38,175 nucleotides of DNA from Aulosira sp. ZfuVER01 (GTDB lineage Bacteria; Cyanobacteriota; Cyanobacteriia; Cyanobacteriales; Nostocaceae). The notes below the pieces were generated by a model. That model did no database searches. It was not told the origin of the DNA and saw only the letters and a program-made list of their open reading frames with translations. The position numbers and the translations under genes were made by a program. Below are positions 36,247 to 38,175 of this stretch, in pieces. Positions within the stretch are counted from its first letter, which is position 1. Each line of letters starts with the position of its first letter. The stretch spans positions 1-38,175 of the forward strand of contig JAVRCV020000077.1 of assembly GCA_034530615.2 (NCBI GenBank), read 5' to 3'.

Positions 36247-37362
36247 ATGACTGACTCTATCACAGATGACCTCTTCGCAGCCTTGAATATTCTGGTGTTA
36301 GAGCGACTTAATCTCGGTTCCTTTAAAGTTATTGGGACTGTCCCAAATTGGTTAAGGCGCTTTTGTCATCCAAGAATTACATCAGGCGTCGAGGTATTAA
36401 TTCCAGAAGAACAGTTTCCTTTTTTGGAAAATTTTTTAGTTGATGCTGAAGAATTTTGGCAAAATAATAGCGCTACAACACTGAGTTCTGGATTCTGGAC
36501 GGATAATGATTTAGCTGGACAAGAATACCATTTTGAAGCATCAGCAATTTGTCTAAATAACAAAAAAATATTATTAATTGAATTATTGGAAGATTCTTAT
36601 AAAGAAAAACAATCTGTTATTCAAAAAGCTAGAGAAAATCAATTAAACTATCAACAATTACTCAAGGACAAACAAAAAAAAGAAGTTTTGATTCATTGTA
36701 TTATCCATGATATAGCAGGACAATTAAGCAGTATTAATTGTTGTCTAGCTCTCTTAGAATTTGAAAATTTAACACCTAAAGGACAAGAATGGTTAGACAT
36801 TGGCAGAGAACAGACAATTAAGCAAGAAATGCTGATCCGGGAAATATTAAATGCATTCTCCGCTGAAATGCGATCGCTGGAAGCTTTTATACTTGCTCCT
36901 GAACAATCACCCAATATTCTGACTGCTGCACAAGAAGTAATCAAGCTGCTAACTCCTACTTTTGCACTCAATAATATGCAATTACAGCTTGCTCATAATA
37001 TTGACTTGACAGCAGACTGGAAAGTGGTTGGCGATCGCTCGCGTTTAGATAGAGTAATCTCAAATTTAGTAGAAAATGCTTTGCGCTACAGCCCACCAGA
37101 GTCTACTGTGGAAATTGGTTTACAACAAGATGAAGACTCTATTTTGCTGACAGTTGACGATCGCGGTACAGGGGTCGCACCAGAAATTGCAGAAACTTTA
37201 TTTCAAAAATTTGCCCAAGGTAAAAATAAATCAGGTAAAGCTGGTCTTGGGCTTTACTTTTGCCGCATTACAGTTGAACGTTGGGGTGGGAAGATTGGTT
37301 ATTTACCCCGTCTTGAAGGCGGTTCTCGGTTTTGGTTTCGTCTATTAAGGCCGAAACATTAA
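36247..37362 (+). CDS. Cytoplasmic sensor histidine kinase
   Basis: H-box IIHDIAGQL, N-box NLVENALRYS, G1 DDRGTGV and G2 GLGLYFC; PAS-like N-terminus. Confidence 0.92.
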   Translation: MTDSITDDLFAALNILVLERLNLGSFKVIGTVPNWLRRFCHPRITSGVEVLIPEEQFPFLENFLVDAEEFWQNNSATTLSSGFWTDNDLAGQEYHFEASAICLNNKKILLIELLEDSYKEKQSVIQKARENQLNYQQLLKDKQKKEVLIHCIIHDIAGQLSSINCCLALLEFENLTPKGQEWLDIGREQTIKQEMLIREILNAFSAEMRSLEAFILAPEQSPNILTAAQEVIKLLTPTFALNNMQLQLAHNIDLTADWKVVGDRSRLDRVISNLVENALRYSPPESTVEIGLQQDEDSILLTVDDRGTGVAPEIAETLFQKFAQGKNKSGKAGLGLYFCRITVERWGGKIGYLPRLEGGSRFWFRLLRPKH

Positions 37363-37448
37363 GTAAGCATTAGTACTATTTGTATATTTCTTTGTAGATA
37401 AAACTGATGCTGTAACGATTTGTGAATGGACGCTGGCTATTCCTCGCC

Positions 37449-37535
37449 ATGTCGGCTACAGCGGCTATTTGGGCAATTGGCACTACGAAGTATATTGGAC
37501 TACTTGGCATCCCGACAATTGTTGATGCTTTTTAC
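37449..37535 (+). pseudogene. Short fragment resembling a ClC/EriC chloride-channel family gene
   Basis: AAIWAIGTTKYIGLLGIPTIVDAF resembles a YIGLG.PTI helix, with no intact gene around it. Confidence 0.4.
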
Positions 37536-37602
37536 GCCTACTCAGACTCTCGAAAAGCAAGATGACAATCATTCTTAATTTACTTAGCTTGGCATCACAA
37601 GT

Positions 37603-37958
37603 TGGGAAAGTCTGTGGCAGCAAGTACCACAGCTACCAACAAAAGCAGGAGAACGGCGTAGCACTTCTCGGATGCATCTATCAGAAGTAATGACAATAGT
37701 GATAGCCTTTCATGGCCGTGGATATAAGACTTTCAAGGAATTTTATCTGCTGCAAGTCCTACCTAGTTGGCGTGAAGCATTTCCTAATTTATTCAGCTAC
37801 ACAAGATTTGTGGAATTGATGCAGGAGTGCTTAATGCTGTTTTGATTGACGATTTAGCTGCTTATGCCTATTTGCCTAAAAAACCGTCGATTGACATTTA
37901 CCCAAAAGATTTGCCTGCACTACCTCCTGCCGTTTTTTAGTTCCGTCAAACTCACGTT
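37603..37958 (+). mobile_element. IS982-family remnant (internally deleted transposase plus right end)
   Basis: WESLWQQVPQLP...RMHLSEVMTIVIAFHG.GYKTFKEFY...AFPNLFSYTRFVELM is joined to C-terminal LAAYAYLPKKPSI...AVF*, then the end tccgtcaaactcacgtt. Confidence 0.8.
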
Positions 37959-38026
37959 TTTTTAGTGTGGGCGGCAAGATAATAAGTTCTTTCCCACACT
38001 GCAAGTTTAGGCTAACAGCGTTTACG

Positions 38027-38175
38027 TAGGGCTTGCTGAAAAAAAAGAAAAGGTTACAGTCTCTAGATTCTCATGGTGCGCTGGGCGATCAACTATCCGA
38101 CATAATAATCAATCATTAATAGAAGATATCGCACAAGCTGCCCCTAGGACACAGGGAAAAAGGGAAAGATTAGAT
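38027..38175. mobile_element. Possible IS5-type/MITE end running off the window
   Basis: TAGGGCTTGCTGAAAAA resembles a terminal repeat common in Nostoc elements; the partner end is not visible. Confidence 0.4.

Overview
Chromosomal window from a heterocyst-forming (Nostoc/Anabaena-like) cyanobacterium, judged from frequent HIP1 octamers (GCGATCGC), STRR-type short tandem repeats and the psbV-psbV2-petE-petJ-like cluster. In order it holds: the tail of a TPR gene; a polysaccharide deacetylase; an HNH nuclease/alr0857-family operon divergent from a ribbon-helix-helix repressor (probable TrcR); a GAF sensor kinase whose H-box lacks the His; a cyclase/SRPBCC gene; tRNA-Glu; a Na+/H+ antiporter; a degenerate cytochrome b6-like protein; an esterase; a TonB-like Pro-rich protein; the photosynthetic electron-carrier cluster; two sugar ABC permeases; an IS4 scar with gene fragments; NYN and RNase III genes; a TPP decarboxylase plus amino-acid dehydrogenase pair; a histidine kinase; an NrtABD/CmpABD-like transporter and a USP/ArsB-NhaD pair, each preceded by a c-di-AMP (ydaO) riboswitch; a five-gene operon (coiled-coil, roadblock-like/TM/OmpA, Rab-like GTPase, small protein, histidine kinase); and IS remnants. 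The best candidates for uncharacterised systems are (1) the envelope-anchored Rab-like GTPase signalling operon and (2) a uORF/antiterminator/terminator attenuator upstream of the HNH operon. All family calls come from motif recognition by eye; no searches were run.
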